Positions 32,815-45,589 of a DNA stretch of 64,000 nucleotides are shown piece after piece. The notes beneath the pieces were generated by a model that did not search any database, was not told the origin of the DNA, and saw nothing but the letters and a program-made list of their open reading frames with translations. The translations under genes were made by a program, and so were the position numbers. Source of the stretch: Leucoraja ocellata (Eukaryota). Position 1 is the first letter of the stretch. Each line of letters opens with the position of its first letter. The stretch spans positions 62,001 through 126,000 of the forward strand of contig JAWMAR010001700.1 in assembly GCA_036785375.1 (NCBI GenBank), written 5' to 3'.

Positions 32815-35745
32815 GAGTTGAAAGGCACTACTTACTGCACATGGTGGCATGGGTGCTTTGGCTTGAAGTTGAAAGGCACTACTTACTGCAAATGGTGGCA
32901 TGGGAGCTTTGCCTTGAAGTTGAAAAGCACTACTTACAGCAAATGATGGCTTGGGTGTTTTGGCTTGAAGTTGAAAGGCACTACTTAATGCAAATGGTGG
33001 CTTGGGTGTTTTGCTTGAAGTTGAAAGGCACTACTTACTGCACATGGTGGCTTGGGTGCTTTGGCTTGAGGTTGAAAGGCACTACTTACTGCAAATGGTG
33101 GCTTGGGTGCTTTGGCTTGAAGTTGAAAGGCATTACTTGCATCAAATGGTGGCTTGGGTGCTTTGGCTTGGGTGCTTTGGCTTGAAGTTGAAAGGCATTA
33201 CTACTGCAAATGGTGGCTTGGGAGCTTTGCCTTGAAGTTGAAAGGCACTACTTACTGTAAATGGTGGCTTGGGAGCATGGCTTGAAGTTCAAAGGCACTA
33301 CTTACAGCAAATGATGGCTTGGGTGTTTTGGCTTGAAGTTGAAAGGCACTACTTAATGCAAATGGTGGCTTGGGTGTTTTGCTTGAAGTTGAAAGGCACT
33401 ACTTACTGAAAAAGGTGGCATGAAGTTGAAAGGCACTACTTACTGCAAATGGTGGAATGAAGTTGAAAGGCACTACTTACTGCAAATGGTGGCTTGGGTG
33501 CTTTGGGTTTGGCTGGAGGGAGGGGAGGGGGCTATAAAACCAGGAAGTGTTGTGCCTCACCCAGTTTCTGCAAGATGGAAGGAGACAAGTGTAATGCCTC
33601 TCTGACCTCTGAATAACACTGAACAAATTTCTACACAACTGTGTGTCCCCTTAAAGTGTTTTGAAAATGAAAATATGGTTTGTTTGAAGTAAAAAGGCAC
33701 TGCCTGCAAATGGTTGTTTGGGTGCTTTGGCTTGAAGTTGAAAGGCACTACTTACTGCAAATGGTGGCTTGGGATTTTGGTTTGAAGCTGAAAGGCACTA
33801 CTTACTGCAAATGGTGGCGTGGGTGCATTGGCTTGAATTTGAAAGGCACTACTTACTGCAAATGATAGCATGAAGTTGAAAGGTACTATTTACTGCAAAT
33901 AGTGGCTTGGGTGTTTTGCTTGAAGTTGAAAGGCACTACTTACTGCACATGGTGGCTTGGGTGCTCTAGCTTTAAGTTGAAAGGCACTACTTACTGCAAT
34001 TGGTGGCTTGGGTGCTTTGGCTTGAATTTGAAAGGCACTACATACGGCAAATGGTGGCTTGTGTGTTTTGGCTTGAATTTGAATGGGTCTACTTACTGCA
34101 AATGGTGGCTTGGGTGTTTTGCCTTGAAGTTGAAAGGCACTACTTACTGCAAATGGTGGCTTGGGTGTTTTGCTTGAAGTTGAAAGGCACTACTTACTGA
34201 AAAAGGTGGCATGAAGTTGAAAGGCACTACTTACTGCAAATGGTGGAATGAAGTTGAAAGGCACTACTTACTGCAAATGGTGGCTTGGGTGCTTTGGGTT
34301 TGGCTGGAGGGAGGGGGAGGGGCTATAAAACCAGGAAGTGGTGTGCCTCACCCAGTTTCTGCAAGATGGAAGGAGACAAGTGTAATGCCTCTCTGACCTC
34401 TGAATAACACTGAACAAATTTCTACACAACTGTGTGTCCCTTAAAGTGTTTTGAAAATGAAAATATGGTTTGTTTGAAGTAAAAAGGCACTGCCTGCAAA
34501 TGGTTGTTTGGGTGCTTTGGCTTGAAGTTGAAAGGCACTACTTACTGCAAATGGTGGCTTGGGATTTTGGTTTGAAGCTGAAAGGCACTACTTACTGCAA
34601 ATGGTGGCGCGGGTGCATTGGCTTGAATTTGAAAGGCACTACTTACTGCAAATGATAGCATGAAGTTGAAAGGTACTATTTACTGCAAATAGTGGCTTGG
34701 GTGTTTTGCTTGAAGTTGAAAGGCACTACTTACTGCACATGGTGGCTTGGGTGCTTTAGCTTTAAGTTGAAAGGCACTACTTACTGCAATTGGTGGCTTG
34801 GGTGCTTTGGCTTGAATTTGAAAGGCACTACATACGGCAAATGGTGGCTTGTGTGTTTTGGCTTGAAGTTGAATGGGTCTACTTACTGCAAATGGTGGCT
34901 TGGGTGCTTTGCTTGTAGTTGAAAGGCACTATTTACTGCACATGGTGGCTTGGGTGCTTTGGCTTGAGGTTGAAAGGCACTACTTACTGCAAATGGTGGC
35001 TTGGGTGCTTTGGCTTGAAGTTGAAAGGCACTACTTACAGCAAAAGGTGGCATGAAGTTGAAAGGCACTACTTTCAGCAAACGGTGGCTTGGGCGCTTTG
35101 GCATGAAGTTGAAAGGCACTACTTACTACAAATGGTGGCTTAGGATTTTGGTTTGAAGCTGAAAGGCACTACTTACTGCAAATGTTGGCACGGATGCATT
35201 GGCTTGAATTTGAAAGGCACTATTTACTGCAAATGGTGGCATGAAGTTGAAAGGCACCCCTTATTGCAAATGGTGGCTTGGGTACTTTGGTTTGAAGTTG
35301 AAAGGCACTACTTACTGCAAATGGTGGCTTGGGTGCTTTGGCTTTAAGTTGAAAGGCACTTCTTTCTGCAAATGCTGGCGTGGGTGCTGGAGGGAGTGGG
35401 AGGGACTATAAAACCAGGAAGTGGTGTGCCTCACTCAGTCTCTGCAAGACGGATGGAGACAAGGGTAAAGTCTCTCTCCCCTTAAAGTGTTTTGAAAATG
35501 AAAATATGGTTTGTTTGAAGTTAAAAGACACTGCCCGCAAATGGTGGCTTGGGTGCTTTGGCTTGAAGTTGAAAGGCACTACTTACTGCAAATGGTGGCT
35601 TGGGTGCTTTGGCTTGGAAGTTGAAAGGCCCTACTTACTGCAAATGGTGGCTTGGGTGCTTTGGCTTGGTCAGAAGGCACTTCTTACTGCAAATGGCGGC
35701 TTGGTTGCTTTGGCTTGAAGTTAAAAGGCACTACTGCAAATGCAC
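32815..35745 (+). repeat. 51-bp minisatellite with an approximately 790-bp higher-order duplication
   Basis: Unit gaagttgaaaggcactacttactgcaaatggtggcttgggtgctttggctt. Blocks near 33405 and 34196 are near-identical. Confidence 0.95.
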
Positions 35746-36114
35746 TTACTTCCTGTTTGCACTGTATATTGATTTTAGATAAAACGCTACCACTTGCGGC
35801 TGTGATTTGTGGCCACCTTACTCAGTCCCCCATCCGCTGAGCAGGTGCAGAGTATTCTTCCCATCAATGAAAAATAAAAGTGTTATTAGTGTTTAAAAAA
35901 TGTTGAGAATCTCTCTCCTGTCAATCACGCCATGAAATCCACACCTTTTCCGGTGGGAGGGGGAGGGGTTATAAAACCCGGAGGTGTGGGTGTGGCTCAG
36001 TCTCTGCATGATGGGGGAGGGAGAGGTCACGACTTTGTCTGAGCTGTGAATCAACTGAACACACTAAATGTCTACTGAACTGTGAGTTTGGTGTTTTGTG
36101 TGGTTTTATGGAGG

Positions 36115-36425
36115 TTTCACCCTGGATGAAATGGTATGAAACTGCACTGAGTCTGGTGGCCTTGCACCCTGTTGAAAGTGGTATGAAACTGCACTTGAAT
36201 TTGGTGGCCTTGGATCCAGCTTGAAGTGGTTGGGAACTGCACTTGAATTCGGTGGCCTTGCACCCTGCTTGAAGTGGTAGGAAACTGCACTTGAATTCGT
36301 TGGCCTTGCACCCTGCTTGTAGTGGTAAGAAACTGCACTTGAATTTAGTGGCCTTGCACCCTGCTTGAAATCGTAGGAACATGGATTTGAATTTGGTGGC
36401 CTTGCACCCTGCTTGAAATGGAATT
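36115..36425 (+). repeat. 48-bp minisatellite, about 6 copies
   Basis: Unit gaaactgcacttgaatttggtggccttgcaccctgcttgaagtggtag. Confidence 0.92.
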
Positions 36426-36648
36426 TCAAGGAATAGTCATGAGTCAACTGCCAGCCCACCAGCCGTGAGTGAGCTGCCAGCAGATCAGGCTTGAGGGACT
36501 GAGCTGCCACCCCAAGAACCCATACCAGCACTCCAGAAAGCCCTCCCACTGGCCACCAATATTGGAATTGGTGGAGATGTGGAATATTGCGTCAGGGGAC
36601 CAGCCCTCCCGTGTGAACATGGGACCCAATGGGTCCCACTTATTCTAG

Positions 36649-37918
36649 TAAACTGATAAAGTGCAAATAAACAGATTATGGGCTATTAATGTTCAGAGTT
36701 TTGTCCGAGCCGAGTTTAATAGCCTGATGGCTGTGAGGAAGTAGCTATTCCTGAACCTGGACGTTGCAGGCTTCAGGCTCCTGCACCTTCTACTTGAAGG
36801 TAGTGGGGAGATGAGTGTATGGCCCGGATGATGTGGGTCCTCGATGATACTGCCAGCCTTTTTGAGGCAGCGACTTTTCGATGGAAGAGAGGTCAGAGCC
36901 GATGATGGACTGGGCAGTGTTTACTTTTTATACTCCTTTCCGCTCCAGGGCGCTCAAGTTTCCGAACCAAGCCACGATGCAACCAGGTCAGCATGCTCTC
37001 TACTGTGCACCTATAGAAGTTAGAGAGAGTCCTCCTTGACATACCGACTCTCCGTCATCTTTTCAGGAAGTAGAGGCATTGATGTGCTTTCACTATGATG
37101 GCTTCAGTGTTCTCGGACCAGTAAAGATCTCCAGAGATATGCACGCCCAGGAATTTGAAGCTTGACCCTTTCCATCGACCCGTTGATATAAACGGGACTG
37201 TGGGTCCCCATCCTATCACTTCCAAAGTCCACAATCAGTTCCTTGGTTTTGTTGCTGTTGAGGGCCTGGAAATTGTGCTGGCACCATTTTGTCAGTCGGC
37301 TGATCTCACTTCTGTACTCTGACTCATCCCCATCAGTGATACGTCCCACAACAGTGGTATCGTTAGCGAACATGATGATGGAGTTCGTGGCTACGCAGTC
37401 ATGCGTATGGAGTGAGTACAGCAGAGGGCTAAGCACGCAGCCTTGAGGTGCTCAAGTGCTGATTGCTATTGAGGCTGACACGTTTTCACCAATACGCTGG
37501 AATGAGGAAGTCGAGGATACAATTGCAGAGGGATGCGCAGAGACCAAGTTCTGTGAGTTTGGTAACCAGCTAGGAGGGGATGATTGTATTAAATGCCGAG
37601 CTGGTATCAATGAATAACAGCCTGACATATGAGTTTTTGATGTCCAAGTGGTCCAGAGCGGAGTGGAGAGCCAGCGAGATCACATCCACCATTGATCTGT
37701 TGTGGCGGTAAGCGAACTACAGAGGGTCCAGGTTTTTGTCGAGGTAAGAGTTGATTTGCGCCATGATCAACCTCTCAAAGCACTTCATCACCACAGATGT
37801 TAGTGCCACTGGTCGATAGTCATAGTCCCAACTCTTGCTCTTCTTGGGCACGAATATAATTGATGCCCTTTTAAAGCAGGTGGGAACCTCAGACCTCAGA
37901 AGTGAGAGGTTGAACATC
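36649..37918 (-). mobile_element. Rex1/Babar-type LINE; its 3' tail continues at about 31845..31993 beyond the Helitron
   Basis: DYRPVALTSVVMKCFERL and LSPLLYSLHTHDC motifs. Confidence 0.82.
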
Positions 37919-38957
37919 AGAGGTGACAGGATTAAATTCCATCTGCTATTCCACTGTCTGACATTCCAACGGATCTATATTCTATTGTTGCCTTTGATAA
38001 TCCTTACTCTCTACAAAACCACACATTCTCATATAATCTGTAAACATACAAATTATGCCGCCCACATTCACCTCCAAGTCTTTACATCATAAACATCAAG
38101 AGTCCCACACCATCTCTGTTAGCTGTCTCTCTGCCTAGCGCCTGATGGGACATCCTGTGGGCGAGTGACCTTACTCTGTATCACTCAGTCTCTGATCTCT
38201 TCTGTCGCCATCTCTCTACCTGACTGCAGGTTAAGCCTTCGGTCTTTGTGCTGAGGCTCTGATTGGGACAGATGAAACCCGCATTAAATCCAATACACAC
38301 GTGAGTTCATAACGAGTAGAATAAGGCCATTCGGCCCATCAAGTCTACTCTGCCATTCAATCATGACTGACCTCTCTATTCTCCTGCCTTCACTCCAAAA
38401 CCCCTGACACCCTAACTAATAAAGAATCTGTCAATCTCCACCTTAAAAATATCCATTGACTTGGCCACATTCCACATTCACCACCCTCTAACTAAAGAAA
38501 TTCCTTCTCATCTCCCTTCTAAAGGTACATCCTTTCTATTCTGAGGCTATGACCTCGTGTCCAAGACAAGTGGAAACATCCCCTCCATGTTCAATCTATC
38601 CAGGCCTTTCACTATTCTGTAAGTTTCAATGAGCCCCTCTCATCCTTCTAAACTCACATGAACAAGGATTGAGTGAATTTTTGGGAACCAGACTGGGATC
38701 CTGATTATCCATGTCTGTCAGCTCTCACTGATATTGCATGTGTAGTGACGGCTGTCCTGTTGTGGAACTGAGAACGTGCCTTTCACTCCGGCAGATTGTA
38801 GAGTCCCACGGGACCTGGCCGGTGGTAAAAGCCCATCTGCCGTCCTTCCCCAGCCTGGCCTCTGTGTGACTTCATCGCAACCAATGTTCCAATGACAGAA
38901 GCTATGTCTACCAAAGATCCGCCCTCGGATCTTTGATGTCTACGTCCAAGCGATGAT

Positions 38958-41065
38958 TGTCAGCTACCGGCCAAGTTGTATTCGGCTCTGTGGGACTGGG
39001 TGGGCCCGGACCTGCTGGAAGTGTACAACCACATGCTTCTAGCCGGCAGCATGTCAGGCTCCATGAGGAAGGGCAGCATCACCCTAATCTACAAGCAGAA
39101 GGGGGAGATGAAGGATATAAGGAATTGGAGACCCATTACATTGTTGAATGTTGATTACAAGCTCCTGTCTAAGGCCATCGCCAACTGGGTCAAGTCTGCT
39201 CTGGGACGGGTGATCCACCTGGACTAAACCTGTGCTGTATCTGGCAGGAAAATCTCAGACAGCCTAGCGCTGATGAGAGATACCATTACTTATGTGCAGG
39301 ACAGGCGGGTGGATGCCTTCTTAGTCAGCTTGGACCAGGAGAAGGCCTTCGACAGGATATCACACACGTACATGAGGGACGTGCTCTCCAAAATGGGATC
39401 AAACTGCTCTACACCGATATCTGTAGTGCAGCGCAAATCAATGGGTGGGAATGAGACAGCTTCCCCGTCAGGTCTGGAGTCAGGCAGGGTTGTCCTTTCT
39501 CCACTGTCTTGTTCGTCTGCTGTATTGAAACTTTTGCCGAGTTCATCAGAAAGAATGTGAGCATAAGAGGAGTGACATTGCCAGGCAGTGGGGGCACTCA
39601 GGTCAAAACCTCCCTGTACATGGATGATGTCGCCATCTTCTGCTCGGATCCAGGGTCGGTCCACTGATTGATGAACATCTGCGACCAGTTTGTGTCGGCC
39701 ACGGGAGCCAGGGTGAACCGCAGAAAGAGCGAGGCCTTGCTCTTTGGCAACTGGCCCGACCGTTCTTCCGTCCCCTTCACCATCAAGCCTGACTTCTTGA
39801 AGGTGCTGGGGTGGATAGCCAAGGTTTGGAAGAAGCTGGAACTGTGGAGCCAACGCTCCCTCTCCATAACAGGAAAAATGGGGTCATCAGGTGTGAGGTG
39901 CTCTTGGGGCTACAGTACTTGGAGTAAGTGTGGCCTGTCCCTCCCTCCTACACCACAGGGAGCACTCGGGCCGTCTTCCAGTTCATCTGGGGGTCGAGGA
40001 TAGATCGGGTGCAACGGGCCACAATGCACAGTTCTGCAGAAAATGGGGGTAAATGCGTTCCCAATGTCGCCCTCGCTCAGATGGCCACCTTCGTGTGTGG
40101 CTGCATCAGGCGGAGTGTAGAGCCAAGGCACGTGGGCACCAAGTGTAATTAACTGCTGAGGTTCTACCTGTCCCCGGTGTTGTGAAGGATGGGCATGGCG
40201 CAGATGCCACGCAATGTGCCGGTCAGCTGGACATTGCCGCCCCATCTGTCGTTTGTGGAAAAGTTCTTCCGGACCAACACCTTTGACCACATGGCCATTG
40301 GGCAGTGGTCAGCAAGGAATGTCCTGCAGGCACTGCAGGGAAAGGACTCCATGGATCCTGTGGCGTGGTTCCCAGAGCAGACTGCCCAGCTTGTTTGGCA
40401 AAATGTCCCATTGGCAGAACAAGCACCAAGATCTGGCTTGGCTGGCGGTGAGGGGAACCTTCCCAGTCAGATCCTTCCTGCACCATCAGAACCTCACTAC
40501 CAGCGCACACTGCCCTCGGGACGGCTGCTATGGGGTGGAGCCGTTGCCCACTTCTTCGCAGAATGTGGATTTGCAAAGAGAGTCTGGAGAAGTATGCAGG
40601 GATCCCTGGGATGCTTTATCCCGAACAGCTCCGGCACAGAGGACTCTGTGATTTATGGACTGTTCCCAGGGACACATTATCGAGTGCTGTTGGAAGGTCA
40701 TCAACTCAGTGAAAGACACTCTTTGGTCAGCCCGAGCATTGTTCACCACCCAGCAAAGCGAGATTTCCGTCAGAGAATGGTGCCGACTGGCCTGCTGCAG
40801 ACTGCAGGAGTACATGCTGAGGGACGCACTGAAGCTCGGTGCAGCCAACGCCAAGGCTCGGTGGGGGAGGACCACCATCTAGGGTCCTTCCGCTGCTGGA
40901 CATGGGGGGCAGGATGTGGTGGAGATGCCCCTCAAAATAAGGGAAGGTATCCCATGCCAGGGGGCCACTTGAGTGGCAAGGGTGGGGGACAGATTTGTTA
41001 ACTTTGAACAATGTATGTTGACCCGAAAATGTCGGATGAAATTTTCGCACGGTTCATGTATTGTA
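38958..41065 (+). mobile_element. Tx1-clade LINE, decayed ORF2
   Basis: ITLIYKQKG...NWRPITLLNVDYKLLSK, SLDQEKAFD, YMDD and a C-terminal Cys motif. Confidence 0.82.
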
Positions 41066-43330
41066 TGTTGTGAGGCAAATTAAACTTTACTCGTAAACTA
41101 CTTAACTTTATTAAAGCTTTAAGCAACTTATTTCTTTAATACATCAACTCAGAAATGTCTGGCAAACATGGCTGATTCCGCAGGCCTTTCCTGCCCGAAA
41201 TACTTCGCACTTGCGCACACTCCGGAAAAGTCCTGCATATGCACACACTCTAGAAGAGCCCCGCACATGCGCCCACATCATTCTCCCCTCCTATTTATAA
41301 ATTGAAACGGTCAGGAGGTTTAATATGTTTTGATGACCAGCGCAGCACTGGAGCTTCAGGAGATAATGGTGTTTCAATAGCTGGGGGTAGATATATTGCT
41401 TGGTCATCAACTTCACTCAAATTGTTATTTAGATTTATAATTTTAGAATTTCTTATAGAAATTTCCATAGGGGATGCTGGAGGTGTTGGAGGAGGTTCTC
41501 GATTAGTGTTATCATGAATTGAAGGAGCTGATGGAGGAACTTCTTGATTAGAGTTATAAAGAAGTGAAGGGGCTGATGGAGTAGACGGACATGGTACAAG
41601 GTCACGAAGTGAGACAGTTGACTGACGTCCATCCCAATATTTGATAGCTGCATAAGAGAGGTTGACCAGTCAATTTAACTTCATCAACAAAAGGTTAATT
41701 CTTATTTGATCGGACATAACGACAAAGCAACACAGGCCCAGGGCTAGTCAACCATGATGGGAGAGAAGTACCACTAGAAGGACACTGTTTGAAGTTAAAG
41801 AACCGCTCATGTAACCATATAACAATTACAGCACGGAAACAGGCCATCTCGGCCCTACAAGTCCGTGCCAAAGAACTTTTTTTCCCTTGGTCCCACCTGC
41901 CTGCATCATACCATAACCCTCCATTCCCTTCTCATCCATATGCCTATCCAATTTATTTTTAAATGATACCAATGAATCTGCCTCCACCACTTCCACTGGA
42001 AGCTCATTCCACACCGCTACCACTCTCTGAGTAAAGAAGTTCCCCCTCATATTACCCCTAAACTTCTGTCCCTTAACTGTGGAGTAGTATTGGTAGCAGT
42101 TGACAGTAGAGATCTGATGGAGTGTAATGCATCTGGTAGAACACATTCCCAATGCTGATCTCGTATATCATTAGACTTTAAAGCCAGTTTCACTGCTTTC
42201 CAAATGAATCAGTTATACCTCTCAACCTGACCATTTCCAATAGGATGATATGGTGTTGTTTTACTTGTTGCAATTCCTCTATTAGAAAGGTAGTCTTTTA
42301 AATCATTTGACATGAATGAGGTGCCCCTATCATAATGTATGTAACTTGCACATCCACAGAATGAAAACAGTTGATCTAAACATTTGATAAACATAGCCGC
42401 TGACATATTTGGACAAGGAAAGCAAATGGAAACCTCGAATATTCGTCAACTAAGGTAAGTATATTAACATTTTGAGAGAAGGATGGTAAAGGCTCTTTGA
42501 AGTCAATACTCAAACATTCCATAGTGTGAGTAGCTTTGATCAATCTTCCTTCTTCAGGACTGAAGAACCTTGGTTTCAATTCAGCGCAGATTCTACATGA
42601 AGCACACGTCATCTTCACATCTTCTGTAGAGAAAGGTAAGTTTTTGGAACGAACATAGTGTAACAAACGAGTGACTCCAGGATGACACAGCCCATTGTGA
42701 AGATCAGTGAATGCAGAAGAATTAACAGAGGCACAAAATGCTCGAGTTAATGAATCCGGTGCAACATTATCCTTACCAGGGCGGTACTCAATTGCATAAC
42801 TATATGCAGATAATTCAATCCTCCATTCATGAATTTTACTGTTTTTAATCTTCATTTGTTTCCGATTATCCAGCATAAAAGCTACTGAACGCTGATCTGT
42901 TATCAAAGTGAAGTGCTGGCGAGCAAGGAAATAACTCCATTTCCTCACTGCAATAATTGCTGTAACTTCCTTTTCGACGGGTGGGTATTGCAATTCACTA
43001 CCTTGGAGAGTACGAGACATGAAAGCTATTGGTCGCCCTCCTTGATTTAATGTTAGATTTTTAGAATGTACGACATCTAAAAACCGTTGTACATTTTCAT
43101 CATGTTCAGCTTGGTCTTTTCCTGCAATAGTTATAATCTCAAGATAAGGGAAAGTATCTTTAAGGTTTTCCTGTTCAACAAGTTTGTCCATCTCTGAAAA
43201 ACAGCCACGCCATTAGTTACACCAAAAGAAACTGCAGTAGTGATATCATTTCCCATTTGCTTCAAACGCAGTGTATTTCTTCTCTGATTCCTTCAAAGGA
43301 ATTTGGTAGTAAGCACTTTTTAAGTAAAAA
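41066..43330 (-). mobile_element. Gypsy LTR retrotransposon remnant (RT, RNase H, integrase, PPT, 3' LTR 41066..41280); CR1 3' end inserted at about 41811..42077
   Basis: HHCC motif (HNGLCHPG...CRIC), GNGQVER, PPT aggaggggagaa, LTR TGATG...CAACA. Confidence 0.9.
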
Positions 43331-43469
43331 GTAGAGAATATCTTATATATTTATTACCTTAATAAAGTCTATTTTGAAATTTTAAAAAATGATTAACAGC
43401 AGCGGCTCCGCCGAACTCCGCCTCCCCGTCCTGTCAAGTGTTACCGGACACGGGGCAGTGGGCGCGCTC

Positions 43470-43605
43470 TGTGATTGGTGGAAGTGAAGCACTGTGATTG
43501 GTTACTTCAAGGTCCAATCAAAGGGTTGATTGACACCAACCAATGACAATGTTCGCTTTCCCCAATCCCTCATTTGCATAGGGCGGTGGTGCAGACTATT
43601 TAATC
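43470..43605 (+). promoter_or_regulatory. H2B promoter: CCAAT boxes, canonical octamer ATTTGCAT (43572-43579), TATTTAA
   Basis: The H2B-specific octamer just upstream of the TATA box is an established vertebrate H2B feature. Confidence 0.85.
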
Positions 43606-43656
43606 CGCGCTCGGGTTGAGTTTCCTACATTTGTGTGTCCAAAGCCGACAGACGAA

Positions 43657-44040
43657 ATGCCTGACGCACCGAAAGTGAAAGTGGCAGTGGCCAAGAAGGG
43701 CGCCAAGAAAGCCGTATCCAAACCTGCAGGCAAGGCGGGTAAGAAGCGCAGGAGGTCGAGGAAGGAGAGTTACGGCATCTACATCTACAAAGTGATGAAG
43801 CAGGTTCACCCCGACACCGGCATCTCTTCCAAGGCCATGAGCATCATGAACTCGTTCGTCAACGATATTTTCGAGCGCATCGCGGGTGAGGCTTCCCGCT
43901 TGGCTCATTACAACAAGCGGTCGACCATCAGCTCCCGGGAGATCCAGACCGCCGTGCGCCTGCTGCTGCCCGGGGAGCTGGCCAAGCACGCCGTGTCGGA
44001 AGGGACAAAGGCGGTGACCAAGTATACCAGTTCGAAGTAA
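43657..44040 (+). CDS. H2B: Histone H2B, 127 aa
   Basis: Protein identical to the 3381..3764 copy. Confidence 0.97.
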   Translation: MPDAPKVKVAVAKKGAKKAVSKPAGKAGKKRRRSRKESYGIYIYKVMKQVHPDTGISSKAMSIMNSFVNDIFERIAGEASRLAHYNKRSTISSREIQTAVRLLLPGELAKHAVSEGTKAVTKYTSSK

Positions 44041-44074
44041 ACGTTCTCAATCCTCATTAAACCGAAAACCCAAA

Positions 44075-44090
44075 GGCTCTTTTAAGAGCC
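44075..44090 (+). terminator. Histone 3' stem-loop (H2B)
   Basis: GGCTCTTTTAAGAGCC ACCCA ... GAAAAGAG. Confidence 0.95.
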
Positions 44091-44875
44091 ACCCACAATT
44101 TCACTGAAAAGAGTTATAGCATTATTTCGACATCGAATTGCTGTAAAATTGTATGGGGACTTTTGGGAACACCGGTACAATATGGTGAATTGTGATTGTT
44201 TATCAAACTGCGGCCGGATTGTTCCCTGAATGCCGCTTTTACTGAGATCACAACAGGTTCAGGCACATAACCACTTGACGCCGTAATCTCGCATCCGACC
44301 TCACTTTATGAATTTACCGGACATAATTTAACACTGTGTTATTTACACAAATCCACCCGCTGTTATAATCCGTCAGACGCATTTGCTCCGTTCGATTACC
44401 AGTTAATGAAGATATAAAATTAAATTGATAGGCGAAATGGGGTACGCAAGATCTGAGTTTAAAATGCATTTATTTTTGGAGATTATTGGGAAAAACATTT
44501 TTGGCGGACTTTCTCAAACTCTTGGGGACCGACGGTTGGTTTCCACGCATCTCTTGTTGCCGCCCGTTCACTAGTGTACGATTACACTGTGATTGGGCTG
44601 TTCCTCTCACCAGAGATTCATCCGGGAAGTACAAGGAGGAGGGGTGGTGATTTCTCTATTTCTGGTAAAATATCTGTTGAGAAAAGACAGAGGAAAATGG
44701 TAAGGGGTCCTGTTTAGACGGAGCTCTTCGTACGCAGATAAATAGTATTTTTATCTGCGGGATTTAGACTAAAACGGACATACGGAGACTCGTCTGTGGT
44801 AGATACACAGAACGGTTGTAATTAACGGAACTATCCCACACCCGCCGGTACTCAGCTCTTCCGGTCCCTGTAGGT

Positions 44876-45007
44876 GGCTCTGAAAAGAGCCTTTGGGTCA
44901 TTAAATTAATATTTCCCCAAGTTACTTGCTCTTACTGTTCGCGCTGGTCCTCTTGAGCGGCAGCCCCCGCCCTCCCCCCCTGATCCATGGTCACTCTTCC
45001 AATCAGC
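44876..45007 (-). pseudogene. Histone H2A 3' remnant with intact stem-loop (44876-44891)
   Basis: The minus strand encodes ...LPLKRTSANSKSK* followed by GGCTCTTTTCAGAGCC. Homologous to 1241-1365. Confidence 0.85.
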
Positions 45008-45589
45008 CTGAATCTGTGGAATTCTCTCCAAAAGAGAGTTACATTTCGGTCTTAATGCTAAATAAAGCAAAGGATAAGGGGGGAAAGCAGGAATGGGGTA
45101 CTGATTTTAGATGATCAGCCATGATCATATTGAATGGCGGTGCTGGGTTGAAGGGCCAAATGGCCTACGCCTGCACCTATTTTTTATATTTTCTATGACT
45201 TTCTAAGGAGGCTAAATCCCTGAGTCCTGACCAGGTGCATCCCAGGACATTGTGGGAAGCCAGGGTAAAATTGCAGTGGATCTGGCAGATATACATGCAT
45301 CATTGTTAGGCACAGGTCATGTATTGGGGAATTTGCTGCGGGGGATTTTGAGAAACAGGGTCTACCTGCATTTGGACTGATTAGAGTGGGGAGGGGAGAA
45401 AACTGGAACAGTTGTGGCCCTTGTTGAGTGATAGGTAGATACAGGTGGGGATGGTTGGTGGGCAGATGGTTTCACCATTGAAATATTAAAATAAGAAAAG
45501 GTGAGTGATAAGGACAGAGGCTGTGCGGATTGTGATAGAGGTTGTGATGAAAGAAAATGAAGGGGTGAGTTTGGGAATTGTTTGTAGAT

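Larger units (their letters stand above)
31994..36648 (+). mobile_element. Non-autonomous Helitron with internal minisatellites
   Basis: 5' A|TCTATATTACTAAAA; 3' hairpin GGGACCC-AAT-GGGTCCC then CTAG|T; no TSD; the host LINE tail continues across the insertion. Confidence 0.88.

Noticed and set aside
32796-35840. Repetitive ORFs (LKGTTYCKWWLGCFG / VERHYLLQMVAW) or a CRISPR-like array
   Set aside because: These are translations of a 51-bp minisatellite with frequent stops and frameshifts. There are no unique spacers and the context is eukaryotic.
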